DNA of 61,339 bases from an uncultured Chloroflexota bacterium (lineage in GTDB: Bacteria > Chloroflexota > Limnocylindria > Limnocylindrales > CSP1-4): assembly GCA_903925955.1 (NCBI GenBank), contig CAIYHO010000287.1, forward strand, positions 1-61,339, in the 5' to 3' direction. Shown here piece by piece: positions 43,161 to 51,974 of this stretch; within the stretch, counting starts at the first letter, position 1, and the number at the start of each line of letters is the position of its first letter. Below the pieces are notes generated by a model. The model ran no database searches. It saw only the letters and a list, made by a program, of their open reading frames with translations, and was not told where the DNA came from. Both the position numbers and the translations under genes were made by a program.

Positions 43161-44239
43161 TCAGCAGATGCGGGGCAGCTGCTCCCCCACAAGCATGTCC
43201 ACGATCCGCTCACTGCCGACGATCGTGCGGATGGTGACCATGCCGGGATGATCTGCCACGACCTCGCCAATCCGCGCGGCGCCGTCCCCCTCGGGCAGCG
43301 CGTGCATGGCTGCCAGGACGGCATCCGCGGACGCCGCGGGCACAATCGCCACAAGCTTGCCCTCGTTGGCCACGTGGAGCGGATCCAGCCCCAGGAACTC
43401 GCACGCGGCCCGCACAGCCCCCGGGATGGGGATGGACGGCTCGTCAAGGACCATCCCCACGCGGGAGGACTGGGCGATCTCGTTGAGCGCGGACGACAGG
43501 CCGCCACGCGTGGGGTCGCGCAGAACGTGGATGTCGGGCTCAACGGCGGTCATCGCCGCCACCAACCCGGCAAGCGACTGCGTGTCGGACTGGATCTCCA
43601 CTTCAAACTCCAGCCCCTCGCGCACGCTCATGATCGCCACGCCGTGCAGACCGATGGGCCCCGACAGGATCACCACGTCGCCGGGCTGGGCCCGGTCCGC
43701 CGCCGGCGCCACGCCGTCTCGGATGAGGCCGATGCCCGCCGTGTTGACGAAAAGCTTGTCCGCGGCCCCGCGACCCACCACCTTGGTGTCGCCGGTGACA
43801 ATCTTGGCGCCGGCCTTCACTGCGGCTGCAGCCGCGGACATCGTGATGATCCGCAGCTCCTCGAGCGGCAGCCCTCCTCGATGACATACGCCAGCGAGAT
43901 GGCCAACGGGGTGGCCCCCATCATGGCAAGGTCGTTGATGGTGCCGTTCACCGCAAGCTCGCCGATGTCGCCGCCCGGAAACCGGATGGGCGACACGACA
44001 TACGAGTCCGTGGTGAACGCGAGGCGCGCACCGGCAACCTCCACCACGGCGGCATCGTTGAGCACGCCCCCGGGTGACGCCGAGGCAATGGCTGGCCCAA
44101 TCAGGTCGCGCATGAGCGCAGCCGAGAGCTGTCCGCCTGAGCCGTGGCCCAGGATGACGCGCTGGTCCTCGGGGATGGGGGCGGGGCAGTACACCCCGTC
44201 CGCGTCAATCGTGACGATCTTCTGGCCTTCGGTGGTCAT
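43161..44239 (-). pseudogene. hypE: hypE (hydrogenase maturation carbamoyl dehydratase) interrupted by a 1-nt frameshift near 43871
   Basis: The N-terminal part is ORF 43817..44239 (..GHGSGG..LAISLAYVIEEG then garbage). The C-terminal part is ORF 43161..43841 (..VTGDTKVV..PRIC). Reading GGC(C)TG with one extra C restores ..VIEEGLPLEELRIITMSAAAA.. across the junction. Confidence 0.8.
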
Positions 44240-45405
44240 CGCCCAGCCTCCCCGGCAGCGCCACCGACGCCGCCCATGTGGATGAGCGGCATTGCGCCCG
44301 TAAAGCCGCCCGTGGCGTTGAGCCCGCGGCCAGCGGAGAAGAACGCTGCACAGGTGCCCTCGGAGCTCACCATCGGCGCGCCCAGCGGCTTCTGCGGCGA
44401 GCAGAGCGTGCCGTACGCCGTGCAGTCAAGCGGCACCTTGTCGCCGGTCAGGATGGCGCCGGCGATGCAGGCCGGATGCTCGTTTGTGTGGATGTCGCCA
44501 ACGTCAAACTTGGCCTCGGCGTCAAAACGCGCGTACTCGGGGCGGAGCCGGTATCCGGACATCGGGATCTCGCCCACGCCGCGCCACTTGCGGTCACCCA
44601 CCTCAAAGATGGCCAGCACCTGCTTCTGGGCCAGCGGCACGCCCTCCCGGGTCACCGCGCGCGAGTACTGGTTCTCCACCTCGTATCGGCCGTCCTCAAG
44701 CTGGCGGATGGCCATGTAGATGCCCTCAAGCAGGTCGAGGGGCTCAAAGCCCGTCACCACGATGGGCACCTTGTATTTGGCAGCGATGGGCTCGTACTCG
44801 GTCCAGCCCATGATGGCGCAGACATGGCCGGCGGCCAGGAACGACTGCACCTTGTTGGTGGGCGAGTCAAGGAGCGCGGTCATCGCCGGCGGCACCAGCA
44901 CGTGGGAGACCAGCACGCTGTAGTTGTCGATGCCGCGACGGGCAGCCTCGGCAACCGACATGGCGTTGGCGGGCGCCGTGGTCTCAAAGCCCACCGCAAA
45001 GAACACAACCTGCTTGGACGGGTTGGCGATGGCGATCTTGAGCGCGTCAAGCGGGCTGTACACAATCCGCACATCGGCGCCGCGGGCCTTGAGGGCAAGG
45101 AGGTCCGTGGTGGAGCCGGGGACGCGGAGCATGTCGCCGTAGCTGGTGAAGATGACGTCGGGGCGGGCGGCAATGGCGAGAGCCTTGTCCACCTGCTCCA
45201 GCGGCGTCACGCAGACCGGGCAGCCGGGGCCGTGGATCATGCGCACGCCCTCGGGAAGGGCCTCGTCGATCCCCTGCTTGACGATGGTGTGCGTCTGCCC
45301 GCCGCAGACCTCCATCAGCGTCCAGGGGCGGGTGGTGATGCGGTGGATCTCAGCGAGCAGCTTCTTGGCGAGGACGGGATCGCGGTACTCGTCAAGGTAT
45401 TTCAC
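44236..45405 (-). CDS. hypD: Hydrogenase maturation protein HypD
   Basis: 389 aa. [31 protein letters not shown]..; the GTG start overlaps the hypC stop (GTGA). Confidence 0.95.
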   Translation of the reverse strand: MKYLDEYRDPVLAKKLLAEIHRITTRPWTLMEVCGGQTHTIVKQGIDEALPEGVRMIHGPGCPVCVTPLEQVDKALAIAARPDVIFTSYGDMLRVPGSTTDLLALKARGADVRIVYSPLDALKIAIANPSKQVVFFAVGFETTAPANAMSVAEAARRGIDNYSVLVSHVLVPPAMTALLDSPTNKVQSFLAAGHVCAIMGWTEYEPIAAKYKVPIVVTGFEPLDLLEGIYMAIRQLEDGRYEVENQYSRAVTREGVPLAQKQVLAIFEVGDRKWRGVGEIPMSGYRLRPEYARFDAEAKFDVGDIHTNEHPACIAGAILTGDKVPLDCTAYGTLCSPQKPLGAPMVSSEGTCAAFFSAGRGLNATGGFTGAMPLIHMGGVGGAAGEAGR

Positions 45406-45752
45406 GAGCGGTGATCCCCCATCGTTGCCGGCGGCAGCGCGGGGTTGAACACCACAAACGCGGGATCGTCGTCGCTGACCACGGCAGGCTCATCCATGCC
45501 CGGACCCATCGTCATCAGCTCGGGCGTCATGACGCCCATCTCGTCGAGGATCTGGAGCGTCTTGAGCGCCTCCGCCTCGTCAACCTTGCTGATGGCAAAG
45601 CCGACATGGATGATTACGTAATCGCCAAGCTGCGCCTCGGGCAGGTACGCGAGGCAGGCGTCCTTGCGCACGCCGCCAAAGTCCACCTTGCCCATGGCCA
45701 GCCCGGCCTCGTCGCGGATCTCCGTGATCCGCCCCGGAATTCCCAGACACAT
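45402..45752 (-). CDS. hypC: Hydrogenase maturation chaperone HypC/HupF family, with an extended C-terminus
   Basis: ORF 45402..45827 trimmed to ATG 45752 so that the protein begins MCLGIPG (essential Cys2). 116 aa, compared with the roughly 75-95 aa I would expect. Confidence 0.85.
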   Translation of the reverse strand: MCLGIPGRITEIRDEAGLAMGKVDFGGVRKDACLAYLPEAQLGDYVIIHVGFAISKVDEAEALKTLQILDEMGVMTPELMTMGPGMDEPAVVSDDDPAFVVFNPALPPATMGDHRS

Positions 45753-45756
45753 CGTG

Positions 45757-48180
45757 CTAGCCCTCCTCCATCCGCGCCCCGTCGGCGCTTGCCGCAAGCC
45801 GTGCTGCGGCAATCGCAGCCTGACCATAACTCACCCCGCCGTCGTTGACGGGGACTTGCCGATTGATAAACGGGGCAAACCCGTCGCCCGCAAGGGCGCG
45901 CAGCAGGTCTGACGCCAGGCGCCGGTTCTGGAACACGCCACCCGACAGGCAGACCGTCTCCACCCGAGTCCGCGCGTGGGCGTCCGCGAGCAGTTCTCGG
46001 GTGACCTCCACGATGGTGGCCTGGAAGCGGCCCGCCAGCACCCCAGACGTCTCGCCACCGGCCAGGATGGCCGCCAGCGTGGGGCGCGGGTCGTAGACCA
46101 GCAGGTCGTCACGGTAGACCAGGCGGTACGGCAGCGGCGCTGCGGCCCGGTCCCCCGCGGCCAGCTCCAAGTCAATCGCCGCCTGGGCTTCAAACTCCGC
46201 AACGTCCCGGATGCCCAGCAGCGCGGACGCCGCGTCAAACAGGCGGCCCGCCGACGACGCCACCGGCGCGTTGAGGCTCCGGGAGATCTGCGTCCGGACC
46301 ACGGAGACCTCGGTGGGGTCCAGACGCGCGAGGAACGCGCCCGCCGCTTCGGCCGCTTCCGCGCCAAGCCCCGCCGTGCCGCCCAGCCCCGCCGTGTCGC
46401 CGTCGCCGAGCGCCTCCGCCCCAAAGAGGTAGCCCAGCGCCATGCGGTACGGGCGCTTCACGGCGAGTGCCCCGCCCGGGAGCGGCGCCCGGCCAAAGCG
46501 CGCCAGCCGCCGATACCCGCGCAGATCGGCCAGCAGCACCTCACCGCCCCACAGCGTTCCGTCGTCGCCCATGCCCAGCCCGTCATACGCCACGCCGAGG
46601 AACGGCCCGGCGATCCCGTGCTCCGCCGCACACGAGGCGACGTGCGCGTGGTGGTGCTGAACGGCGATGCGGCGCTCCACCGGGAACGACGCCACGGCGT
46701 ACTTGGTGGAGAGGTACTCCGGGTGCAGGTCGTGGACAACGTACTCCGGCTCCAGCGCCAGAAGCCGCGAGAGGTGGGCCAGACCGTCCGTGAAGGCGCG
46801 GTGGGTGGCCAGATCCTCCAGATCCCCGTTGTGCGGCGCAACGTGGGCGCGGGTCCCGCGGGCAAGCGTGAAGGTGTGCTTGAGCTCGGCGCCCACGGCC
46901 AGCAGCGGGGAAGGCGTGGCGATGGGCAGCGGCATGGGCTCCGGCGCGTAGCCGCGCGCCCGTCTGACCACAGACTCGCGACCGGCGACCACGCGCGTCA
47001 CTGAATCGTCGTAGCGCGCACGGATCTCGCGGTCGTGGGAGAGGAACCCGTCCGCGAGCCCGGCCAGACGCGTGCGGGCGTCCTCGTCATCGGTGGCCAG
47101 GGGCTCATCGGTGAGGTTGCCCGACGTGAGCACCAGCGGCGCGTCCAGCGCAGCGAGCAGCAGGTGGTGGAGCGGCGTGTACGGCAGGAACACGCCAAGC
47201 CTCCGATTGCCAGCGGCCACCGATGGCGCGATGGCGCGACGCGCAACCGCACGCGCCTCAAGCAGCACGATGGGGCGGGCGGGGCCGGTCAGCAGCCGCC
47301 GCTCGAGTGCGCCCAGATGGCACAGGGCCTCCGCTGCAGCCAGATCCCGCGTCATCACCGCAAGCGGCTTGGCCCAGCGCCGCTTCCGATCCCGGAGCCG
47401 GCGCACGGCGGCCTCATTGGAGGCGTCGCACGCGAGGTGGTACCCGCCAAGCCCCTTGACCGCCACGATCTCGCCCGCACGCAGCGCCGCCACGGCAGCG
47501 CCCAGCGCGGCCTCTGCCACAGCCGTGGGGCCCGCAGCTCCCACAGTTCGCCAGGCCAGCGATGGGCCGCAGACTGCACAGGCAACGGGTTCCGCGTGGA
47601 ACCGGCGGTTGCGCGGGTCGCGGTACTCAGCCTCACAGGCACCGCAGAGCGGGAATGGCCGCATGGTGGTCTTGGCGCGGTCGTACGGAAGTTCCTCGAT
47701 GATGGTCGCCCGGGGTCCGCAGTTGGTGCAGTTGGTGAACGGGTAGCGATAGCGGCGGTCCGCCGGGTCAAACAGCTCGCGCAGACAGTCGTCACAGGTG
47801 GCGATGTCCGGCGGGAACAGCCGGTCAGGCGACGCCGAGACCACGCTCTCGTCAATCTCAAACGGCAGGGGCAACGGCAACGCATCGGCTGCCGCCTCAA
47901 GGGCCAGCACGGTGACGCGCTCAACGCGGGCGCGCGGCGGGGCGTCGGTGCGCAGCCGCCGGGCAAACTCGTCAAGGACGGCCGCTGGTGCGGCTGCCTC
48001 AATCTCCACCCGGCCCGCGGCGTTGCGCACACGGCCAGCCAGACCCAGCTCCGTGGCCAGACGCCAGACGAAGGGGCGGAAGCCGACGCCCTGAACCACG
48101 CCCTCGACATGGAGAGCGCGCAAGACACGTGGCTGCTCGGCGGCCGGGACGCGGTCGCCCTGACGGACGGCTGCTGCCAT
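45757..48180 (-). CDS. hypF: Carbamoyltransferase HypF
   Basis: 807 aa. Acylphosphatase domain (VQGVGFRPFV), two CxxC-x18-CxxC zinc fingers (CDDC..CTNC, CGAC..CAVC), YrdC-like and Kae1-like domains. Confidence 0.95.
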   Translation of the reverse strand: MAAAVRQGDRVPAAEQPRVLRALHVEGVVQGVGFRPFVWRLATELGLAGRVRNAAGRVEIEAAAPAAVLDEFARRLRTDAPPRARVERVTVLALEAAADALPLPLPFEIDESVVSASPDRLFPPDIATCDDCLRELFDPADRRYRYPFTNCTNCGPRATIIEELPYDRAKTTMRPFPLCGACEAEYRDPRNRRFHAEPVACAVCGPSLAWRTVGAAGPTAVAEAALGAAVAALRAGEIVAVKGLGGYHLACDASNEAAVRRLRDRKRRWAKPLAVMTRDLAAAEALCHLGALERRLLTGPARPIVLLEARAVARRAIAPSVAAGNRRLGVFLPYTPLHHLLLAALDAPLVLTSGNLTDEPLATDDEDARTRLAGLADGFLSHDREIRARYDDSVTRVVAGRESVVRRARGYAPEPMPLPIATPSPLLAVGAELKHTFTLARGTRAHVAPHNGDLEDLATHRAFTDGLAHLSRLLALEPEYVVHDLHPEYLSTKYAVASFPVERRIAVQHHHAHVASCAAEHGIAGPFLGVAYDGLGMGDDGTLWGGEVLLADLRGYRRLARFGRAPLPGGALAVKRPYRMALGYLFGAEALGDGDTAGLGGTAGLGAEAAEAAGAFLARLDPTEVSVVRTQISRSLNAPVASSAGRLFDAASALLGIRDVAEFEAQAAIDLELAAGDRAAAPLPYRLVYRDDLLVYDPRPTLAAILAGGETSGVLAGRFQATIVEVTRELLADAHARTRVETVCLSGGVFQNRRLASDLLRALAGDGFAPFINRQVPVNDGGVSYGQAAIAAARLAASADGARMEEG

Positions 48181-48258
48181 AGCCGTTAGGGTCGCGATTG
48201 GCGCCTTATGGCGCGCGTGCCGAACGGCCCGAAACGCAGCGACTGGGCCACCAGCGGC

Positions 48259-48888
48259 TCAGTCCAGGAGCCCGTGCTCCAAGGCGTAGCGCGTGAGATC
48301 CGCGTTCCGCTCAACGCCCATCTTGGCGAGAACGCGGCTGCGGTACGTGGACACGCTCTTGACGGACACGCCCAGTGCCTCTGCGATCTCGCTGGGCCCC
48401 TGGCCGCGCGCCAGCCGGTTGAACACCTCAAGCTCACGGACCGAGAGCCGCTGGTGCGCCTCGTCGGGTCCGCCGCCCACAACCCGGTCCGCAAGGATCG
48501 CAGCAACCTGCTCGCTCACGTAGCGGCGGCCCGCTGCAACAGCACGCACGGCAACGGGGATCTCTTCGGGCGGGCAACTCTTGCCAAGGAACCCGGCGGC
48601 ACCCAGCGAGAGCACCTTGAGGGCCATCTGCTCGGGCCGCTGCATGGTGAAGACGAGGATGCGCAGGCGTGGCCGGAGTTCGCGGATCTGCGCCACGAGA
48701 TCAGGGCCGCCCCCTGCGATCCCGAGGTCCAGAATGCAGACGTCGGCCTCAGTTGCAGCAGCCAGGGCAAGCGCTTCATCGGCATCGGCCGCTTGGCCAA
48801 CGACAACCATGTCTGCGCCTGACTCAAGCAGACGCTCGACACCCTGTCGCACGACAGCGTGGTCGTCTACCAGGAGCACACGGATCAA
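48259..48888 (-). CDS. NarL/FixJ (LuxR-type HTH) response regulator, paralog 1
   Basis: ORF 48259..49149 trimmed to TTG 48888 (GAGGGGA upstream). Receiver motifs VLLVDDH, ILDLGIAGG (phospho-Asp), VFTM, FLGK. LuxR HTH LSVRELEVFNRLARGQGPSEIAEALGVSVKSVSTYRSRVLAK. Confidence 0.85.
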   Translation of the reverse strand: MIRVLLVDDHAVVRQGVERLLESGADMVVVGQAADADEALALAAATEADVCILDLGIAGGGPDLVAQIRELRPRLRILVFTMQRPEQMALKVLSLGAAGFLGKSCPPEEIPVAVRAVAAGRRYVSEQVAAILADRVVGGGPDEAHQRLSVRELEVFNRLARGQGPSEIAEALGVSVKSVSTYRSRVLAKMGVERNADLTRYALEHGLLD

Positions 48889-49261
48889 CGGGACGTTCCC
48901 CTCTGGAAAGAGTGCGCACAACGCACCGGCAGCGTACCGCAGACGGGGCGATATGACACCGGCAAACGCGCACGGCGACCGTGCACGCGCAGAGGAACGC
49001 GGGGCAAGGAAAGACCCGGTGCAGCAACGGCCGGGCGGGGAGTACCCGTCCCGCCAGCCGTTCTCGGTGCCGCACCGGGTATCACAGCCAGAGCCCCGGG
49101 GGGGAGGAAGACTCCGGCCGTGTCGCCCCACCTCTCGGCGGGTTCGCATTGCGAGTGTGGCGCAACGGCCGTGCGAGTCCTATCGGAACGACGACCGACA
49201 TGCCGCTGGAATTGTGTGGTGCCACGTAGTCATTGTCCTACGGGCCGCCACGACTCCTCGA

Positions 49262-49897
49262 TCAGTCGAGGAGCCCGTGCTCCATCGCGTAGCGCGTGAG
49301 GTCCGCATTGCGGGCCAGGTGGAGCTTCTCCAGCACGCGTGAACGGTACGTGCTGACGCTCTTCACCGAGAGCCCCAGGGCGTCCGCAATCTCGCCGGAG
49401 CTCTCCCCGCCAGCCAGGCGGCGGAACACCTCGTACTCGCGGTTTGAGAGCCGCTCGTGCGGCCGGTCCCGCGGCCCGTCAAGGACGTAGGACGCAAGCA
49501 CGTCGGCGACGGCCTCGCTGATGTAGCGCCTGCCATCAGCCACCGTGCGCACGGCTTCCAGGAGCTGTGCGGGTGCGCAGCCCTTTGAGACATACCCCGA
49601 TGCGCCCGCGGTGAGACAGCGGACGGCGTACTCCTGCTCGGAGTGCATGCTGTAGACCAGCACTCGAAGGTCAGGGCGCAGTTCGCGGAGCCGAGCCACA
49701 AGGTCAAGCCCGCCCCCCGGCATCGCAAGATCCAGCAGGGCGACACTTGGACGCAGCCCGCCAAGCACAAGGCCCACCACTTCATCGCCGGTTCCGGCAG
49801 AGCCAGCGACGCTGACTTCTGGGTCGTCGGAGAGGATGCGGATCACGCCCTCACGGACAACCGCGTGGTCGTCCGCAACCAAGACTGTGATGCTCAC
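49262..49897 (-). CDS. NarL/FixJ (LuxR-type HTH) response regulator, paralog 2
   Basis: 211 aa, GTG start. VLVADDH, LLDLAMPGG, VYSMH, YVSK. HTH LSNREYEVFRRLAGGESSGEIADALGLSVKSVSTYRSRVLEK. Same C-terminal NADLTRYA.EHGLLD as paralog 1. Confidence 0.9.
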   Translation of the reverse strand: MSITVLVADDHAVVREGVIRILSDDPEVSVAGSAGTGDEVVGLVLGGLRPSVALLDLAMPGGGLDLVARLRELRPDLRVLVYSMHSEQEYAVRCLTAGASGYVSKGCAPAQLLEAVRTVADGRRYISEAVADVLASYVLDGPRDRPHERLSNREYEVFRRLAGGESSGEIADALGLSVKSVSTYRSRVLEKLHLARNADLTRYAMEHGLLD

Positions 49898-49921
49898 CGG
49901 TGGGGCTCGACTTGCATCTGT

Positions 49922-51124
49922 CTACGGTAGCGCGGCTGCGGCCTGTTCGGCCAGTGTTGTGTCAGCGGTAGTGATAACTAGTACGTGGCCATCCGCCGTC
50001 AAGACGTAGTCTCGTTTCCCTTCGTCACCGTAGTCAAATTGGGCGAAGGAGTGTCCCCCGAGCGTGACATCGGTTGTTGCCACGCCTGAGCCGGAGGCGG
50101 CCAGCCACGAATCGAGCACAAGTTGGCGCATCGTGGCAATGGCCATGCCCTTCACCTCAACCACAAGGATGGTGATGTCGGAGGCACCGGTCTCGTCGTA
50201 GGCCTGCGCGATGCGCAACGCATCCGCTGTCAGATTGACGTGACGAAGCGCGGCCAAGATTGCACGGCTCCCCTGGTCCTCGCCAAGGATGTCCGGGCCA
50301 AGCGCGCTCTGGATGGTCAGTGTGACGGCGCCCACCTTTGCGGGCAGCAACCGCTCAAGGTCGCCGGCGGGGGGCGTACCGCTTGGGACAGCGTCACTCG
50401 CCCCGGGATCCAAGGAGTCCGGCGGGAACGTGTCCTCTGCCGACGGGAGGCCATCGCTGCCGACAGGCAGCACCGCCGTAGGATTGGCCACGTCTGTGCC
50501 GCCCTGTCCGCCGAGCGCGAGATCAAAGGCTGAGGCCACCTGGTCCACTTCGTCCTGGCTCACGGTGCCAGAGAAGGCGAGGTACACAACCAGACTGCCG
50601 CGGCGGATGTTGGCGAAGAATGAGCCGGAGCTGTCCTCGCTGCTCCACGCCTGGTCGCCAAGATCGGGGCGATCGGAGACGGCCTGGCCTGCGTTGGTTG
50701 CAGCGAGACGCGACCGCGTGACGGAGTCAGCCGCACCCTCGGGGTAACACGTGATGGTTGCCAGGGACATCGCCTGTGTGGTGGAGCTGTCAACCGGCTC
50801 CGGACCCAGCAATGAGATGGATCGACGGCCCACGTCGTAGGTGGAGGCACGGAGGGACCAATCGCCCGGCAACTGGTCCTCGGCGGGGGTCACATTCCAG
50901 GCTGCGGTCTGGCAGCTTGACGCACGCGTGACCATGGCGACGGTCTGCCACGTGCCAAGACCCAGGGCAACCAGGGCGATCACCAGCGCAAAGACGGCGA
51001 TCCTGCGCGTGGAGCGCACATCGGCCGCAATCAGCGCCCGCTCATCGGAAGGCCGAATACGCGGCTGCACTGGGCCCGTGGGGGGTGCTGTCTGGAGGTT
51101 TCGTGGGGCGGTCATGATCAACAA
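49922..51124 (-). CDS. Hypothetical single-pass membrane protein with a large extracytoplasmic region
   Basis: 400-aa ORF (TTG 51124, or ATG 51115). One TM segment, IAVFALVIALVALGLGTWQTVAMV. Two globular-looking halves joined by a Pro/Asp/Ser-rich linker. I recognise no family. It ends 24 nt before response regulator 2. Confidence 0.6.
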   Translation of the reverse strand: MLIMTAPRNLQTAPPTGPVQPRIRPSDERALIAADVRSTRRIAVFALVIALVALGLGTWQTVAMVTRASSCQTAAWNVTPAEDQLPGDWSLRASTYDVGRRSISLLGPEPVDSSTTQAMSLATITCYPEGAADSVTRSRLAATNAGQAVSDRPDLGDQAWSSEDSSGSFFANIRRGSLVVYLAFSGTVSQDEVDQVASAFDLALGGQGGTDVANPTAVLPVGSDGLPSAEDTFPPDSLDPGASDAVPSGTPPAGDLERLLPAKVGAVTLTIQSALGPDILGEDQGSRAILAALRHVNLTADALRIAQAYDETGASDITILVVEVKGMAIATMRQLVLDSWLAASGSGVATTDVTLGGHSFAQFDYGDEGKRDYVLTADGHVLVITTADTTLAEQAAAALP

Positions 51125-51175
51125 GGATGCCCTGTGTCGAGGTTCGGTGCGCGGCGGGGCGCACGGTACGATCTG

Positions 51176-51946
51176 ATGATGTTCCCCGATCGGCAGCTGA
51201 AGCTCTTGGCCATCGCCTGCGACGTCGTGGCGAGACCCGTCTACCTGTGCGCCGCGCGTTCACCACACGTGGTGGACATCGCGCTCTTTGGGCGCGGTCT
51301 CCACAGCGAACCGCCGCTCCTGCGCCAGCGCCTCCAGAGGGCAATCGACGAGGCGCCCGCTGGCTATGACGCCATCGTGCTTGGCTACGGGCTGTGCGGG
51401 GGCGCCACCGCCGGCATTGAGGCGCGCGCCATCCCTGTGGTCCTACCCCGCGCCCATGACTGCATCACGCTGTTCTTGGGGGCCCGCGAACGCTACGAGG
51501 CCCAGGTCCGCGACACGCCTGCAACGTACTGGTATGTGGCGGACCAGCTGGAGCGCCGAGACGGCTACCGACCGGGCGGGGGGATTGGCCTGGGCGTTGG
51601 AGGCGACTCCGACGACGACATCGAGGCGGTCCGCGCCGAATACGTGGAGAAGTACGGCGAGGACAACGCGGACTACCTGATGGAGGTCATGGGCGCCTGG
51701 AAGACCCACTACCAGCGCGCCGCCTTTGTGGGCATGGGCGTTGGCGACGAGACTGCATCACGAGCCTTTGCGCAGGAGCAGGCCGATCGCCGCGGCTGGG
51801 AGTTTGAGGCCATGGAGGGCAGCATGGTGCTGCTCCGACGGCTGATTGACGCGGAGTGGGACAACGACGTCCTTGTGCTGCAGCCCGGCGAGCGGCTCGC
51901 GATGAGCTACGACGAGGACGTTGTCAAGGCGGTCCCGGCCACCTGA
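51176..51946 (+). CDS. DUF1638-family protein (unknown function; a family typically linked to corrinoid methyltransferase genes)
   Basis: ORF 51134..51946 trimmed to ATG 51176 (MMFPDRQLKLLAIACDV..). GLHSEPPLLRQRLQRAIDEAPAGYDAIVLGYGLCGG..PRAHDCITLFLG fits my memory of DUF1638. Confidence 0.6.
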   Translation: MMFPDRQLKLLAIACDVVARPVYLCAARSPHVVDIALFGRGLHSEPPLLRQRLQRAIDEAPAGYDAIVLGYGLCGGATAGIEARAIPVVLPRAHDCITLFLGARERYEAQVRDTPATYWYVADQLERRDGYRPGGGIGLGVGGDSDDDIEAVRAEYVEKYGEDNADYLMEVMGAWKTHYQRAAFVGMGVGDETASRAFAQEQADRRGWEFEAMEGSMVLLRRLIDAEWDNDVLVLQPGERLAMSYDEDVVKAVPAT

Positions 51947-51974
51947 CGGCAAGCCGGCAAAGCTGCGCCCGCGG

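Noticed and set aside
43161-44239. Treating ORFs 43817..44239 and 43161..43841 as two separate genes.
   Set aside because: Together they make one full-length HypE. The conserved linker is recovered by a +1 correction at about 43871, so this is one frameshifted gene or an assembly indel.
45402-45415. The 14-nt match to the 981-1192 palindrome core, taken as an independent regulatory site within hypC/hypD.
   Set aside because: It lies entirely in coding sequence at a GTGA stop/start overlap, and its right arm is imperfect (GTGAA). I mention it under the repeat finding but do not call it a feature.
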